A DNA stretch of 64,000 bases from Nitrosopumilus sp. Its GTDB lineage: Archaea; Thermoproteota; Nitrososphaeria; Nitrososphaerales; Nitrosopumilaceae. This document shows positions 50,088 through 60,834 of the stretch, piece by piece. Within the stretch, counting starts at the first letter, position 1. Each line of letters opens with the position of its first letter. The stretch is from positions 1,664,001 through 1,728,000 of the forward strand of contig OZ241857.1 of the NCBI GenBank assembly GCA_965203315.1, read 5' to 3'. The notes beneath the pieces are model-generated. The model did no database searches. It saw nothing but the letters and a program-made list of their open reading frames with translations, and had not been told where the DNA came from. Made by a program: the position numbers and the translations under genes.

Positions 50088-51965
50088 ATGAGAATATTGC
50101 AACTTCACTGTGACAGTATTGAATACACTCCAATCAAGAAGGAGATCAAGATCGCTAAAGATCTTACAGATACTCAAACATGTCATCTAGATGAAGTCGT
50201 AGTTGCATTTATCTCGATTGAGAGAGGTGACAACTCGAATGTTGTTCAAGATGCAGTATCGCAGATCACAGAGTCTATGAATAAGGTTGGCTGTCGGCAT
50301 CTACTACTTTATCCATACGCCCATCTGAGCTCCGACCTTGCTAGTCCAGGTCACGCGATAAAACTGTTGGATGAGATGGAAAAGGCTACATTCGACCTTG
50401 ATGTCTCTTGCGCACCTTTTGGTTGGACCAAGTCATATAATATCAAAGTCAAGGGGCATCCATTAGCAGAGACATCCAAGGTGATATCATCTAGTTCCGT
50501 AACATCTCATGAATCTGTTGACACGCAAGAAGATACATCAACTGCGCTACAACACGAGTCTACAATTCAATCGTCGTGGAAGATAATGACTCCTGATGGT
50601 GTAATGGTTGACATTGATCAATTTGATTTCACAAACCACAAGAAACTAGAAAAGCTTGCCAAGTACGAGTCTGAAAAATCAAGAAATGTCGATGAAGCGC
50701 CGCCGCATGTGTCGCTGATGAAGAAGCTTGGAATTGCAGATTATGAATCTGCATCTGATTCTGGTAATATGAGATTCTTTCCAAATGGTCGACTGATCAA
50801 GTCCTTGATAGAACGTTATGTAACAGATAGGGTAAAAGAGTATGGTGGCTCCGAAGTGGAGACGCCAATCATGTACGACTCGGAGCACCCAAGCATGGTC
50901 AGTTACTTTAATCGTTTTCCTGCAAGACAGTATAGTATTGATTCAGAGGGAAAACGACTCTTTCTTCGTTTTGCAGCATGTTTTGGTCAGTTTTTAATGG
51001 CAAACCACTTTCAACTATCGTACAAAAATCTGCCGTACAAATTGTACGAGCTGACACGGTATAGTTTTAGACGTGAACAGTCAGGTGAGCTGGTAGGACT
51101 GCGACGCTTACGTGCATTTACCATGCCCGACTGTCATGCATTTTGTGCAGATATGCAACAAGCGATATCTGAACTACGTAAAAGATTTATTCTATCTCAA
51201 AGCGTTCTAGATAATCTAGGTATTGAGCGATCTGACTATGAGATGGCCATACGGTTTACTGAAGATTTTTACAACGAAAATCACCAAATGATCGAGGATA
51301 TGATAAAGCAACACAACAGACCAGTATTAGTCGAGATGTGGAAAGAAAAGTTCTTCTACTTTGTACTAAAGTGGGAGTTTAACTTTATCGACAATATGGG
51401 AAAGGCATCGGCTCTCTCTACTGATCAAATAGACGTAGAGAATGGTGCAAGATATGGAATAGAGTTTGCGAACGAGAATAACATTATGATAAATCCAATA
51501 ATACTACACAACTCTCCTAGTGGCGCTATTGAGCGAATAATTTATGCATTGTTGGAAAAGGCAGCGTCAGATACAAGCCAAGGACAAAAACCACAACTGC
51601 CATTGTGGTTAGCGCCAACACAAATCCGTATAATTCCTATAACTGAAGAGTTTAATGACTATTGTGAAAAGTTGGTTCAAAGACTGACTGCCGAGAACAT
51701 TCGAGTTGATATGGATGAACGCAATGAGAGTATAGGCAAGCGAATTCGAGATGCTGAGAAAGAGTGGATACAATATATTCTTGTGATAGGCAAGCGCGAG
51801 ATCGAGTCTACCAATCTTAGTATTCGAGATAGACAGATGGGTACTGTACGTAACATTACATTTGATGATCTCTTGGGTGAGATTCGAGCAAAGACTGCTA
51901 ACAAACCATACACCATGCTTAATTTACCATATTTGCTCTCAAAAAGACCACAGATAATGGTTTGA
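50088..51965 (+). CDS. thrS: Threonine--tRNA ligase (archaeal type)
   Basis: Archaeal editing domain (YPYAHLS, PFGW), RFAACFG, FRREQSGE and H.SPSGAIER motifs. Confidence 0.96.
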   Translation: MRILQLHCDSIEYTPIKKEIKIAKDLTDTQTCHLDEVVVAFISIERGDNSNVVQDAVSQITESMNKVGCRHLLLYPYAHLSSDLASPGHAIKLLDEMEKATFDLDVSCAPFGWTKSYNIKVKGHPLAETSKVISSSSVTSHESVDTQEDTSTALQHESTIQSSWKIMTPDGVMVDIDQFDFTNHKKLEKLAKYESEKSRNVDEAPPHVSLMKKLGIADYESASDSGNMRFFPNGRLIKSLIERYVTDRVKEYGGSEVETPIMYDSEHPSMVSYFNRFPARQYSIDSEGKRLFLRFAACFGQFLMANHFQLSYKNLPYKLYELTRYSFRREQSGELVGLRRLRAFTMPDCHAFCADMQQAISELRKRFILSQSVLDNLGIERSDYEMAIRFTEDFYNENHQMIEDMIKQHNRPVLVEMWKEKFFYFVLKWEFNFIDNMGKASALSTDQIDVENGARYGIEFANENNIMINPIILHNSPSGAIERIIYALLEKAASDTSQGQKPQLPLWLAPTQIRIIPITEEFNDYCEKLVQRLTAENIRVDMDERNESIGKRIRDAEKEWIQYILVIGKREIESTNLSIRDRQMGTVRNITFDDLLGEIRAKTANKPYTMLNLPYLLSKRPQIMV

Positions 51966-51971
51966 TACAAT

Positions 51972-52844
51972 ATGAGTTTTGTAGATCTATATTTGAATAG
52001 AGGTACATTAATCGCAAGTTCTGATACGGAACCTGTATCCACCGTATTTGGAGTACCATTTGATTCTACTCACTCTTACAAACCTGGTTGTAGGTTTGGC
52101 CCTGATGCTATCCGTGACGCATACAACAATATTGAGACATTTCATCCACAGTTTGGTATAGATCTAGAAACGATAGGAATTGAAGATCTTGGAAATACTC
52201 CTCATACCGTATCTTCCTCAACAATGGTTGAGATGGTTCAAAAGATAACTACCGAACTATTACACAAAGATAGACAGATCATTGTTTTAGGCGGCGAGCA
52301 CTCTATAACATATGGAACATACACAAGCTTTCCAAAAGAGACTGGATATGTCGTATTTGATGCTCATTACGATCTACGTGATGGATTTGCAGATACCAAG
52401 TTGAGCCACGCAGCATATCTGCGTCGTATAATCGAAGAACGTGGATCTGACAAGATACTTCATGTAGGTGCAAGGGCGTTTGTAGGCGAAGAACTCGAGT
52501 TTCTAAAAGAGAATAATATCTCCACAATAACTGATAGAGATATTCGTAATGGTGATGGACCTAAACTATTATCACAGTTTATTGACAGACTCGAATCTGT
52601 CTATGTTAGTTTTGATCTAGATGTACTAGATCCAGCTTTTGCACCAGGCGTTGGAAATCCAGAAGCAGTAGGAATATACTCGCGTGAATTGTTTGACATG
52701 ATTGATTCATTTGCGTCTACTCGGATTCTCGGTGTGGATATTGTTGAGTTAAATCCATATCACGATACGGGTGCCACATCTACCCTTGCTGCTAAAATAA
52801 TGTCTACGATGATTGCGTTAAACTTGACGCAGCAATCTAGATGA
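51972..52844 (+). CDS. speB: Agmatinase
   Basis: GGEHS, DAHYD, SFDLDVLDPAFAPG and ELNP motifs. Confidence 0.93.
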   Translation: MSFVDLYLNRGTLIASSDTEPVSTVFGVPFDSTHSYKPGCRFGPDAIRDAYNNIETFHPQFGIDLETIGIEDLGNTPHTVSSSTMVEMVQKITTELLHKDRQIIVLGGEHSITYGTYTSFPKETGYVVFDAHYDLRDGFADTKLSHAAYLRRIIEERGSDKILHVGARAFVGEELEFLKENNISTITDRDIRNGDGPKLLSQFIDRLESVYVSFDLDVLDPAFAPGVGNPEAVGIYSRELFDMIDSFASTRILGVDIVELNPYHDTGATSTLAAKIMSTMIALNLTQQSR

Positions 52845-53014
52845 GTTTGGACACATTGATCTTTCGGCTCTTCAAAATTGAGATAAACACCTCTGAATTG
52901 AACTCTTGTGATCTTTTGCTATGTTGTTGACTTTGATATCGATTTACATGCCTACTGCTCTGAATTTAGTAGAATACAAAAGATCTAACTCTTCATTTTT
53001 AGATGCTGTGGTTC

Positions 53015-53131
53015 AATTCTTTTCAATTTACCCAGGATAGTATTCTAGAAGACTTTTTCTAAAAACGTTCCTATAAAGTCTGCTGGTACTTTTTCTGTTA
53101 AAATCCTATCTCACATAAATCGAAACGATCT
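53015..53131 (-). mobile_element. MITE copy (degenerate)
   Basis: Ends AATTCTTTTCAATTT...TCTCACATAAATCGAAACGATCT; internal sequence aligns in reverse with 7576..7693. Confidence 0.78.
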
Positions 53132-53144
53132 AAGTTGTAATGTA

Positions 53145-54275
53145 TTACATCTTGTCGAGTAGGGATTTTTGATAATGTTGTAATGATTGTCCAATCGGTC
53201 TCTTTGGATTGGGAGGTGCAATTATCTGATTCAAGATCTTTGGAGGTAGTTTAGACTCGATAGCATCATTGACATTCTTTTTTATCTTCAAGATGTTGCT
53301 TTTGTATAAATCAATACCAGTAAAACTACGTTGCAGACATGCAGATACTATCCCTGTTGTTCCTCTTCCAGCAAATGGATCTAGAACATGATCACCTTTC
53401 CGTGTTGTGAATTTTACGATATTTGCAATCAAGTCTTCTGGAAACATTGCAAAATGCTCATTGCCGTGATGCGCTTTAGTTGATATCTCCCAGACATTGC
53501 CAGGGTTCTTGCCTAGTGGATTACATGCTGCAAATACAGGATAGTGTTTGTGTCCGCCGACCCTCTTTCGAGTTGCATGCCTCTTGAACTTGCGATAACA
53601 GGTAGGGCAATGTTTCTCTGGATCATACCCAAAAGCCCAAGATATCTCATTCGTGGTAGGTAATTCACTAAACGGCGTATCTGGAGTAGCATTATGAATG
53701 GTTTCAAGAATCTTCTTTATTGCCCGTTGATTCTTCTTGAACGGTCTAGTCTGTATGTTTTGAATTGGAGGCGGTTTACTTGAACCGGATGTAACCTCGT
53801 TTCCTTGTACACGAATCGAGTCCATATCTAGATAAGGTTTACCAGACTTTGATAGAAATAGTACAAATTCATACGATTGAGTTAGACTCGTTTTTGAACT
53901 TGACGATACAGCATTCTTTTTGTACCAGATAATATCTTCATGAAATACATATCCTATTTCGGTCAATGCGATAGCAAGCTTGTGAGGGATCATTAGTTTT
54001 GAATGGTTTCGTCTAGTGTCACCAATTACAATAAACAGACTACCATCGTCTCTTAGTAATCTTTTACATTCTGCAAACACATCGACCAACTTTTCTATAA
54101 ATAACTCGGGAGTGCTCTCTTGACCGATCTCGTTACGCTTTGTTCCATAACTTCGATGTTTATAGTAGGGCGGAGATGTAATGACTGTTTGATACTTTGT
54201 GTGCTTTGGCTCTTGGGCTAACTTGGCCAAGATGTCTAGTGCATTACCCTCAAGTATTTTGGGTGTGACGGTCAT
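53145..54275 (-). CDS. Site-specific DNA methyltransferase, beta class (N4-C/N6-A)
   Basis: TSPPY before HFAMFP and DPFAGRGTT. Confidence 0.93.
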   Translation of the reverse strand: MTVTPKILEGNALDILAKLAQEPKHTKYQTVITSPPYYKHRSYGTKRNEIGQESTPELFIEKLVDVFAECKRLLRDDGSLFIVIGDTRRNHSKLMIPHKLAIALTEIGYVFHEDIIWYKKNAVSSSSKTSLTQSYEFVLFLSKSGKPYLDMDSIRVQGNEVTSGSSKPPPIQNIQTRPFKKNQRAIKKILETIHNATPDTPFSELPTTNEISWAFGYDPEKHCPTCYRKFKRHATRKRVGGHKHYPVFAACNPLGKNPGNVWEISTKAHHGNEHFAMFPEDLIANIVKFTTRKGDHVLDPFAGRGTTGIVSACLQRSFTGIDLYKSNILKIKKNVNDAIESKLPPKILNQIIAPPNPKRPIGQSLQHYQKSLLDKM

Positions 54276-55434
54276 AGTATAACTCCCGCTGAAATGTATA
54301 TGCAGTCAACTATATCTTGTTCTGTCATCTTGATCTGTGGGATCTTGGATCGTATATTGCCTGCCATCTCTTTCAGTAAAGATAGATCGTTAGAATTGAC
54401 TTTTAATTCTTTCATCTGGGCTTTAAAATCAGAGTCTGTGTTGTAGAGATCTCTTATACACATGTGACAGTTTGTGCCAAATTCTAAGAATTGATGTCTC
54501 TGTGATATCCCTAGAGTCAATGCAATCCACATATCGTCCCATGGCTTTTTAAATATACTAGTTGACAGATCATCTAACACATATTTATTATTTGTGAATC
54601 TCTTTATGACCTCATCACCATAAACAGTTTCAATGACAAACTCGATATTATTTTTAGGCATTATGATCTTTAGATTTTCAACATCAGATGATAATCCCGG
54701 ATTAGTACTGGAATACTTCTCCATTAGATTTTTACTCGTGGTATAAAATCCACTGCGTTTATCGTCAATCAAAGTAGCTGGACTTCCTTGTATATTGTAC
54801 AGAAAACCCATGAGCATCTCAAATTTTGTTATGCCTATCTTGGCAAGTAATTCTGGTAGTGTATATTCTTGTTCTGAGTTTGTGTCAGTTAGAGCGATAG
54901 TGTCGTCTATGATCTTTTTTGATAGTTCAAAATATTTCTTCAATCCTTCATTTCTAGCTGCTGTTCCTCCACTATCTATTCTATTTTTAATCTCAAAGAG
55001 AGTTAATTTTTTGTCTTGAACATTAAGCAAATCAATCTTTAGTTTAAATTTTTTTGAAACGACACCATTTAGATCTTGGGTATCTTTTACTAATTTATCG
55101 AGAAATGTTGACAAGTATAACTCTTCATAAGAGGTCGCACCTGTAAATTTTTTAAAAAGTTTTTGTAATATTTTTCCACGACTACCTTTTGAACCCCAAA
55201 AATACGATGTAATCTCTAAAAATGAATTATAGTAATTGGCGTTAGATTTTGTTGCTTCTTTACCATAATACTGTCCTGCAAATGGATCGATGCTCGAGTA
55301 ACTGTTACTTGTTTTTTCAAAGATCTTTGTTATTGTGTTTTATATGCATCATACAACCATCTTTCTTGCTCAGCAAGTTTTGACTTATCTTGTAAGAGTA
55401 ACAAGGTTCTAGTACAAAGTTCTGTTTCTGTCAA
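54272..55434 (-). pseudogene. Putative type II restriction endonuclease with a 1-nt frameshift
   Basis: ID...FEIK PD-(D/E)XK core. The frame is open 54272..55339; an upstream frame from TTG 55434 joins if the A4 run at 55338-55341 were A5. Stop overlaps the MTase start. Confidence 0.7.
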
Positions 55435-55557
55435 ACTATACAGATATCATATGTTCATTATTTATACCTACAATCTTTACATGACAAGGATATCAGATTT
55501 TTCCAAAACTGATTTTATCGTTTCAAGATAGAGGTGTTTGCATCACTTTGTTATATT

Positions 55558-55610
55558 GGATCTTTTCAGTTTACGCATGATGGTATTTTAGAAGACTCTT
55601 CTAAAAATAT
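55558..55610 (-). mobile_element. Truncated MITE half
   Basis: GGATCTTTTCAGTTTACGCATGATGGTATTTTAGAAGACTCTTCTAAAAA matches the first half of 53015..53131. Confidence 0.7.
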
Positions 55611-55886
55611 CTTATTATCTAAACATATTAAAATGCATATTTGAATAAAATCAATATGTATTGTGTTTACTCTTACCTAAAAACAAATTTTAAAAGAGTT
55701 GAGTTCTTACATGTGATCACTCTCTAGCTCATAGTTGGATACTCTCCACAATATGGTAGATATGATGTATGGCGATATATTGAATACTGTGAATGTGTGA
55801 GTTTCAGTATCAGTTACACTAGTTGCTATAGTGATTCCAATATACGATATTCAGACTTTATTAGATAGTATGATTGGGATTAGCAC

Positions 55887-56453
55887 ATGTTGAATAATCT
55901 TAGAGAGCATCTTCGACCTCTTCTCGAGGGAGTTGGAAAAAAGTTTGCAGCGACAGGTCTCTCACCAAACTTTTGGACACTGGTGGGTCTCGGATTTGCA
56001 TTCCTCTCTAGTATTGTATATGGTATTGGGATAGAGTACAGTCTCTTGATTGGTGGAGTTTTGTTGTTGGTCTCGGGATTCTTTGATATAGTTGATGGTC
56101 AAGTTGCACGAGTCACATCCAAGACATCTAGACGAGGCGAGTATCTAGACTCTGTGTCAGACAAGATTGCTGAAGTTGCAATATTTCTTGGAATTCTATT
56201 GGGTAATCATGCTGATCCTTATCTGATTATTCTTGCAATATCACTGTCACTGCTTGTGAGTTATGCTAGAGCAAAATCTGATGCAATACAGATAAAATTG
56301 CAAGGAATTGGAATAGGTGAGCGAGCCGAGCGATTACTAGTTGTTGCAGCTGTAGGCATGATCGGGTTCATGGAGTATGCTATGGTTATAGTCGCAGTTA
56401 TTGCCGCAATTACTCTTGTACAACGAATTATAGTTACACTAAGATCGATCTAA
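55887..56453 (+). CDS. CDP-alcohol phosphatidyltransferase (archaetidylinositol-phosphate synthase-like)
   Basis: D.VDG.VAR......G.YLDS.SD signature; SYARA and ERAER motifs. Confidence 0.92.
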   Translation: MLNNLREHLRPLLEGVGKKFAATGLSPNFWTLVGLGFAFLSSIVYGIGIEYSLLIGGVLLLVSGFFDIVDGQVARVTSKTSRRGEYLDSVSDKIAEVAIFLGILLGNHADPYLIILAISLSLLVSYARAKSDAIQIKLQGIGIGERAERLLVVAAVGMIGFMEYAMVIVAVIAAITLVQRIIVTLRSI

Positions 56454-56737
56454 CGTAGCTTGCCACGCTTTCTTCGGTTGTCTGCTGAACGAATCTTTAG
56501 AATCTTGAAATGAATTGCACATGATATACAGTACCATTTTAGAACCGTCGGTGATGCAATGTATGTCCCTTGAGCTCGAAGTTCCTTGGCTAGTGTATGT
56601 TCAACTAGATTTAATCTAGATGTGACCTTTTTTGCTTTGTCCTTTGGTACAGTCTGCCCGCAATTTGTACATTGAACAACACCTGACGAGCCTTTTCCTC
56701 CCTTTGTACGACCACGACTTGCACGTTTTAGTGGCAT
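56450..56737 (-). CDS. rps26e: 30S ribosomal protein S26e
   Basis: MPLKRASRGR, C.NCG..VPKDKAKK and YCISCAIH motifs. Confidence 0.95.
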   Translation of the reverse strand: MPLKRASRGRTKGGKGSSGVVQCTNCGQTVPKDKAKKVTSRLNLVEHTLAKELRAQGTYIASPTVLKWYCISCAIHFKILKIRSADNRRKRGKLR

Positions 56738-56879
56738 GACAATAGCCTGATCTACCTACTTATATTCTTGAGTTTGTAGCTTGTCTCGTCTTGATATCTC
56801 TTGTCACCGTATCATGAGACTCGCTTTGGAATTCATGTGATTTCTCTGATCTGTCCAACGAGTGTCTTGACAACTAATA

Positions 56880-57075
56880 GTTTGAGATTTGTGCAGATGT
56901 CAAGAGTCTAGACCATGGTTTTGTGATATCTCTAATTCCATCTAGTTGACAAGACGCCATGTTGATATCATGCTCAGACACCTCAAGTCCAACATCTTAC
57001 AGAGCCCTGTTCAAACACGATGTCGATTTGTTGTACAACATCTCTACGTCAAATATTGCATAATATCTATAAAAA
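56880..57075 (-). pseudogene. Possible HAD-hydrolase remnant
   Basis: Minus-strand reading AIFDVEMLY...LNRAL*DVGLEVSEHDI loosely resembles HAD motif I, with an internal stop. Confidence 0.3.
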
Positions 57076-57258
57076 GTAGTTTTTACGAATTTTACATAAT
57101 GTCTTTTAAGCCCTTAATAAATATCGGATGTAATGCGAGGTCTCTGTCATCTGTGTTATACATCAGGTACCGAACTAGTGATAATCCATAACATGATAAT
57201 GTGTAAACGTTGTGCTAAAAAAGCAAGACACTAATTCAACTCATCTCAAATTAGCTGT

Positions 57259-58128
57259 ATGAAACTAGCTGTATTTGCACACTGCGCAATAGATACAATT
57301 CAGATAGGATCTAGTCAGTATGAGCAGATTGGTGGTTCCGGTTGCTATTGTAGTATGATGGCAAGAAAGTTTGCTCTCAAAGTTGATCTTGTCACAAAGT
57401 TTGGTCCCAATTTTCCACAACAGTATCTAAAGAACGCCGGCGTATCATTTGTTGACAGCATCTCAAAGAGTGACACAACTAGATTCAAGATAACTATTGA
57501 TGGCTCAGAGAGACATCTATATCTGGAACACGAATGTGTTCCTATTCAATATCAAAACATTGATGCCGACTGTCATCTGATCAGTCCAATATATCATGAA
57601 ATATCGTTCGAGTTATTCTCAAGACTAAAGAAAGACTCTAAATTTCTTCTAGTTGATCCACAAGGATTTTTACGTAGAGTGGATACAACAAATCTCATCA
57701 AACTCGAGCCGACTGATCTAGATCTAGCTGGAGTTGATGCAATCAAGATTAATGCAGACGAAGGAGCTTGTCTTGCAAAAGGAACACCAAAAGAGTTGAT
57801 GCTTTCATTACAAAAACGTGGTGTACAGTATGTCTTGTTTACAGACAAGACAATGATCTCGTTGTTGGTCAAAGACAAAATATACTCAATAACTCTTCCA
57901 AACAAACAGATCTATGACACGACCGGAGTAGGCGATATCTTTTGTACAGCATTTTGTGCAACGATGTTGCGAGAAGATGATTTCTTGTGGGCTCTCTGTT
58001 TTGCTGGAGGTGCAGCTCAAGCTACATTAGACTCTAAAGAGGTTGGTCTACAAAAGATTCCAAAACGAGGAACTATTCAGACTAACGCATCCTACTTTTA
58101 CAACCTAGTCAAGTTTTACGATATCTAA
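57259..58128 (+). CDS. PfkB-family carbohydrate kinase
   Basis: GGSG, VDPQG, K.N..E and DTTGVGDIF motifs. Confidence 0.92.
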   Translation: MKLAVFAHCAIDTIQIGSSQYEQIGGSGCYCSMMARKFALKVDLVTKFGPNFPQQYLKNAGVSFVDSISKSDTTRFKITIDGSERHLYLEHECVPIQYQNIDADCHLISPIYHEISFELFSRLKKDSKFLLVDPQGFLRRVDTTNLIKLEPTDLDLAGVDAIKINADEGACLAKGTPKELMLSLQKRGVQYVLFTDKTMISLLVKDKIYSITLPNKQIYDTTGVGDIFCTAFCATMLREDDFLWALCFAGGAAQATLDSKEVGLQKIPKRGTIQTNASYFYNLVKFYDI

Positions 58129-58173
58129 AGTGATCGTACTGTTATTAAAGTAGATATTACCAAATGACTGATA

Positions 58174-59169
58174 ATGCAAGTTGGAATCTATGGATCAGGT
58201 GTTGCAGAGAATGCAGCCAAGACTATAAAGAAACTCTTGGATGAAAATGGAATTCGTTCATTCACTTCTAGATCCAAGACCAAGCATGTAGATTTTACAA
58301 TAGTGTTGGGGGGTGATCGTGGAGTTCGAAACTATTTTCATAGAACATTTGATTCAACATCTCCTGTACTCGGTGTTAACGAAGGTGAGTCTGGTGGTTT
58401 CCTTGCACAGATCGAACTGCGCGAGTTTTCATCGTTTGTCAAAACTTTGAAGAATCAAAACTACATCATAGAAGAGGTTCCTCGTTTAGGTGTAAAGATA
58501 GATGGACGTAGCGTCTATCCTGTCTTGAACGACGTTGGCATCTTTTCATCAAAGAGTGCAATGTTGATGGAACATACTTTACATGTAAACGGTGAAGAGG
58601 TATGGCACGATAACAGTGATGGTATAATAATATCTACCCCCATCGGCTCATCTGCTTACTCGATGTCAGCCGGTGGCCCAATGATCTTTCAAGACTCTGC
58701 TGTATTTGAGATAATCTCTGTAAACTCTCTGGATATAACAAGACGTCCAATAGTAGTATCAAACAACAGCTCGATCTTGATCGACGATATAGCAGCTAGA
58801 CTACACTGCGAAGTAATCCTTGACGGTCTAGATAGATATACGGTTACAAAGAATGTAGAGTGTAATCAGTTCTTTCCACCCGCCAAGATAATTCGACTCA
58901 AAAAAGATCTCACCGCAATCTCTGCATTGACAAAAAAGGTTCATTTAGCAGAGGATCTACTCAGCATGCCACCTAGCGCAAAGCTACTCTTAAAGACTCT
59001 CGAGTATGAGGGAACGCTAACCCAGAAAGATCTTGCAAACAAGACACTCTTGCCTGATAGAACAGTCCGATTAGCATTGAGTCATCTGTTAAAGAAAGGA
59101 TATGTCAAGAAGAAGGTGTCAGTCCGAGATGCAAGGCAGCGTATTTACGAGATATCAAAGATGGACTAG
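58174..59169 (+). CDS. NAD(+) kinase with C-terminal winged HTH
   Basis: LGGD.G, GFL, LND and STPIGSSAYSMSAGGP motifs; C-terminal LTQKDLA..LP.RTVR.AL. Confidence 0.88.
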   Translation: MQVGIYGSGVAENAAKTIKKLLDENGIRSFTSRSKTKHVDFTIVLGGDRGVRNYFHRTFDSTSPVLGVNEGESGGFLAQIELREFSSFVKTLKNQNYIIEEVPRLGVKIDGRSVYPVLNDVGIFSSKSAMLMEHTLHVNGEEVWHDNSDGIIISTPIGSSAYSMSAGGPMIFQDSAVFEIISVNSLDITRRPIVVSNNSSILIDDIAARLHCEVILDGLDRYTVTKNVECNQFFPPAKIIRLKKDLTAISALTKKVHLAEDLLSMPPSAKLLLKTLEYEGTLTQKDLANKTLLPDRTVRLALSHLLKKGYVKKKVSVRDARQRIYEISKMD

Positions 59170-60770
59170 GGTACTCTAGCAGCTGCACGCATAAATGCCA
59201 CAAACACGTCTTCAGGAAATCCTGGTCTACTGTTAAACTCTGGATGAAATTGGACTCCTATGTGGAATCGATGATCTGGGATCTCTAGTGACTCCATTCT
59301 CCTACCTCTATCACTATGTGCTGCAAAGATCATTCCATTTGCCACAAACACGTCTATAAACTCTGGATTGATCTCGTATCGATGCCTGTGTCGTTTGTTA
59401 ATTACATCGGAATCATATATGGATCGCATCATTGTATCTCTCTTGATATTGATCTCATTTGAACCTAAACGTAACGATCCACCCATATCGCTGACATCTA
59501 TCTGCTCTGGCAAGATATCTACTACTGGATATTTAGTATCAGGATTGAGCTCTGTAGAGTTTGCTCCATCCAAGTTTAATACATCTCGAGCAAACTCGAC
59601 TGCTGCTAGTTGAAATCCAAAACATATTCCTAAAAATGGAATGTCTTTGACTCTGGAATACTTTATTGTGTTGATTATTCCTTCCGAACCTCTTGTACCA
59701 AATCCGCCCGGAGCTAGAATTCCATCATATCTTGATAGTGTTGTATAATCTGTAATATTCTCAGAGTCTATCCAATCTATTACAAGTGATCTATTAACAC
59801 TTGCAGCAGCATCGCCAAGTGCGTGATTTACGCTTACATAGCTATCAGCTAGTGCGACATATTTACCAACCATGGCAATCTTGACCTCTTGTTCTTTTTG
59901 AGATGATATAGTATGTGTTATCTTGTTCCATGCATCCCAATTTGCAGATGCGTTTACCATTCCAACCATTCCGAACTTTCTAAAGATAGAATCAATTATT
60001 CCTTGATCGTATAGTGTCTGTGGAACATCAAATATCGATCTTACATCATGACAAGACAATACATCCTCGGGCATGACATTTGTAAACATGGCAATCTTTT
60101 TCTTCGTCTTTGATTCAAGTGGTACAGTACATCGAACGGCTAAAAAGTCTGGTTGGATACCTATGCGACGCAACTCTTGAACGCTATGTTGTGTAGGTTT
60201 TGTCTTTTGTTCCCTCACGACATCGAGAGATGGTGCAAGCGTAACATGAACAAAGATTACCCCTTGTGGTCCTTCCTCAACTCTCATCTGTCTTAGAGCC
60301 TCTAGGAACGGTAGTGACTCGATATCACCTACTGTGCCTCCACACTCTATTATCAAAAAATCTAATCTCTCTTTTTGTGCAATGTCTCGTATTCTTTTTT
60401 TTATCTCGTCTGTGACATGAGGAATTATCTGAACACATGCACCCAAGTATTTACCTTGCCTCTCTGCTTCTATTACCGACGAGTATACTTGGGCTGTTGT
60501 GATGTTATGATCTTTGGGCATATTTTGATTCAAGAACCGTTCATAATTTCCAATATCCATATCACACTCGCCACCATCTTCTGTCACAAAGACCTCGCCA
60601 TGAGCAACTGGATTCATAGTTCCAGCATCATAGTTTAGGTAAGGATCGATCTTGACACAAGATACTCGCTGATCTGCAAGTTGGAGCAGCTTTGCTATCG
60701 ATGATGTGGTGATGCCCTTTCCCAGACCAGACATTACACCTCCTGTAACAAAGATAAATCTTGTTTGCAC
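59166..60770 (-). CDS. pyrG: CTP synthase
   Basis: VTGGVMSGLGKG, KTKPTQHSV, GICFG, RHRHRYE and QFHPE motifs; GTG at 60770. Confidence 0.97.
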   Translation of the reverse strand: MQTRFIFVTGGVMSGLGKGITTSSIAKLLQLADQRVSCVKIDPYLNYDAGTMNPVAHGEVFVTEDGGECDMDIGNYERFLNQNMPKDHNITTAQVYSSVIEAERQGKYLGACVQIIPHVTDEIKKRIRDIAQKERLDFLIIECGGTVGDIESLPFLEALRQMRVEEGPQGVIFVHVTLAPSLDVVREQKTKPTQHSVQELRRIGIQPDFLAVRCTVPLESKTKKKIAMFTNVMPEDVLSCHDVRSIFDVPQTLYDQGIIDSIFRKFGMVGMVNASANWDAWNKITHTISSQKEQEVKIAMVGKYVALADSYVSVNHALGDAAASVNRSLVIDWIDSENITDYTTLSRYDGILAPGGFGTRGSEGIINTIKYSRVKDIPFLGICFGFQLAAVEFARDVLNLDGANSTELNPDTKYPVVDILPEQIDVSDMGGSLRLGSNEINIKRDTMMRSIYDSDVINKRHRHRYEINPEFIDVFVANGMIFAAHSDRGRRMESLEIPDHRFHIGVQFHPEFNSRPGFPEDVFVAFMRAAARVP

Positions 60771-60810
60771 ATTAAAGAAACGAGTAAACACCTTTTGTAT
60801 GTTTTGTCAT

Positions 60811-60834
60811 GTTGTGGTTGTGGTTGTGGTTGTG
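60811..60834. repeat. (GTTGTG)4 microsatellite upstream of pyrG
   Basis: Four perfect copies. Confidence 0.8.
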
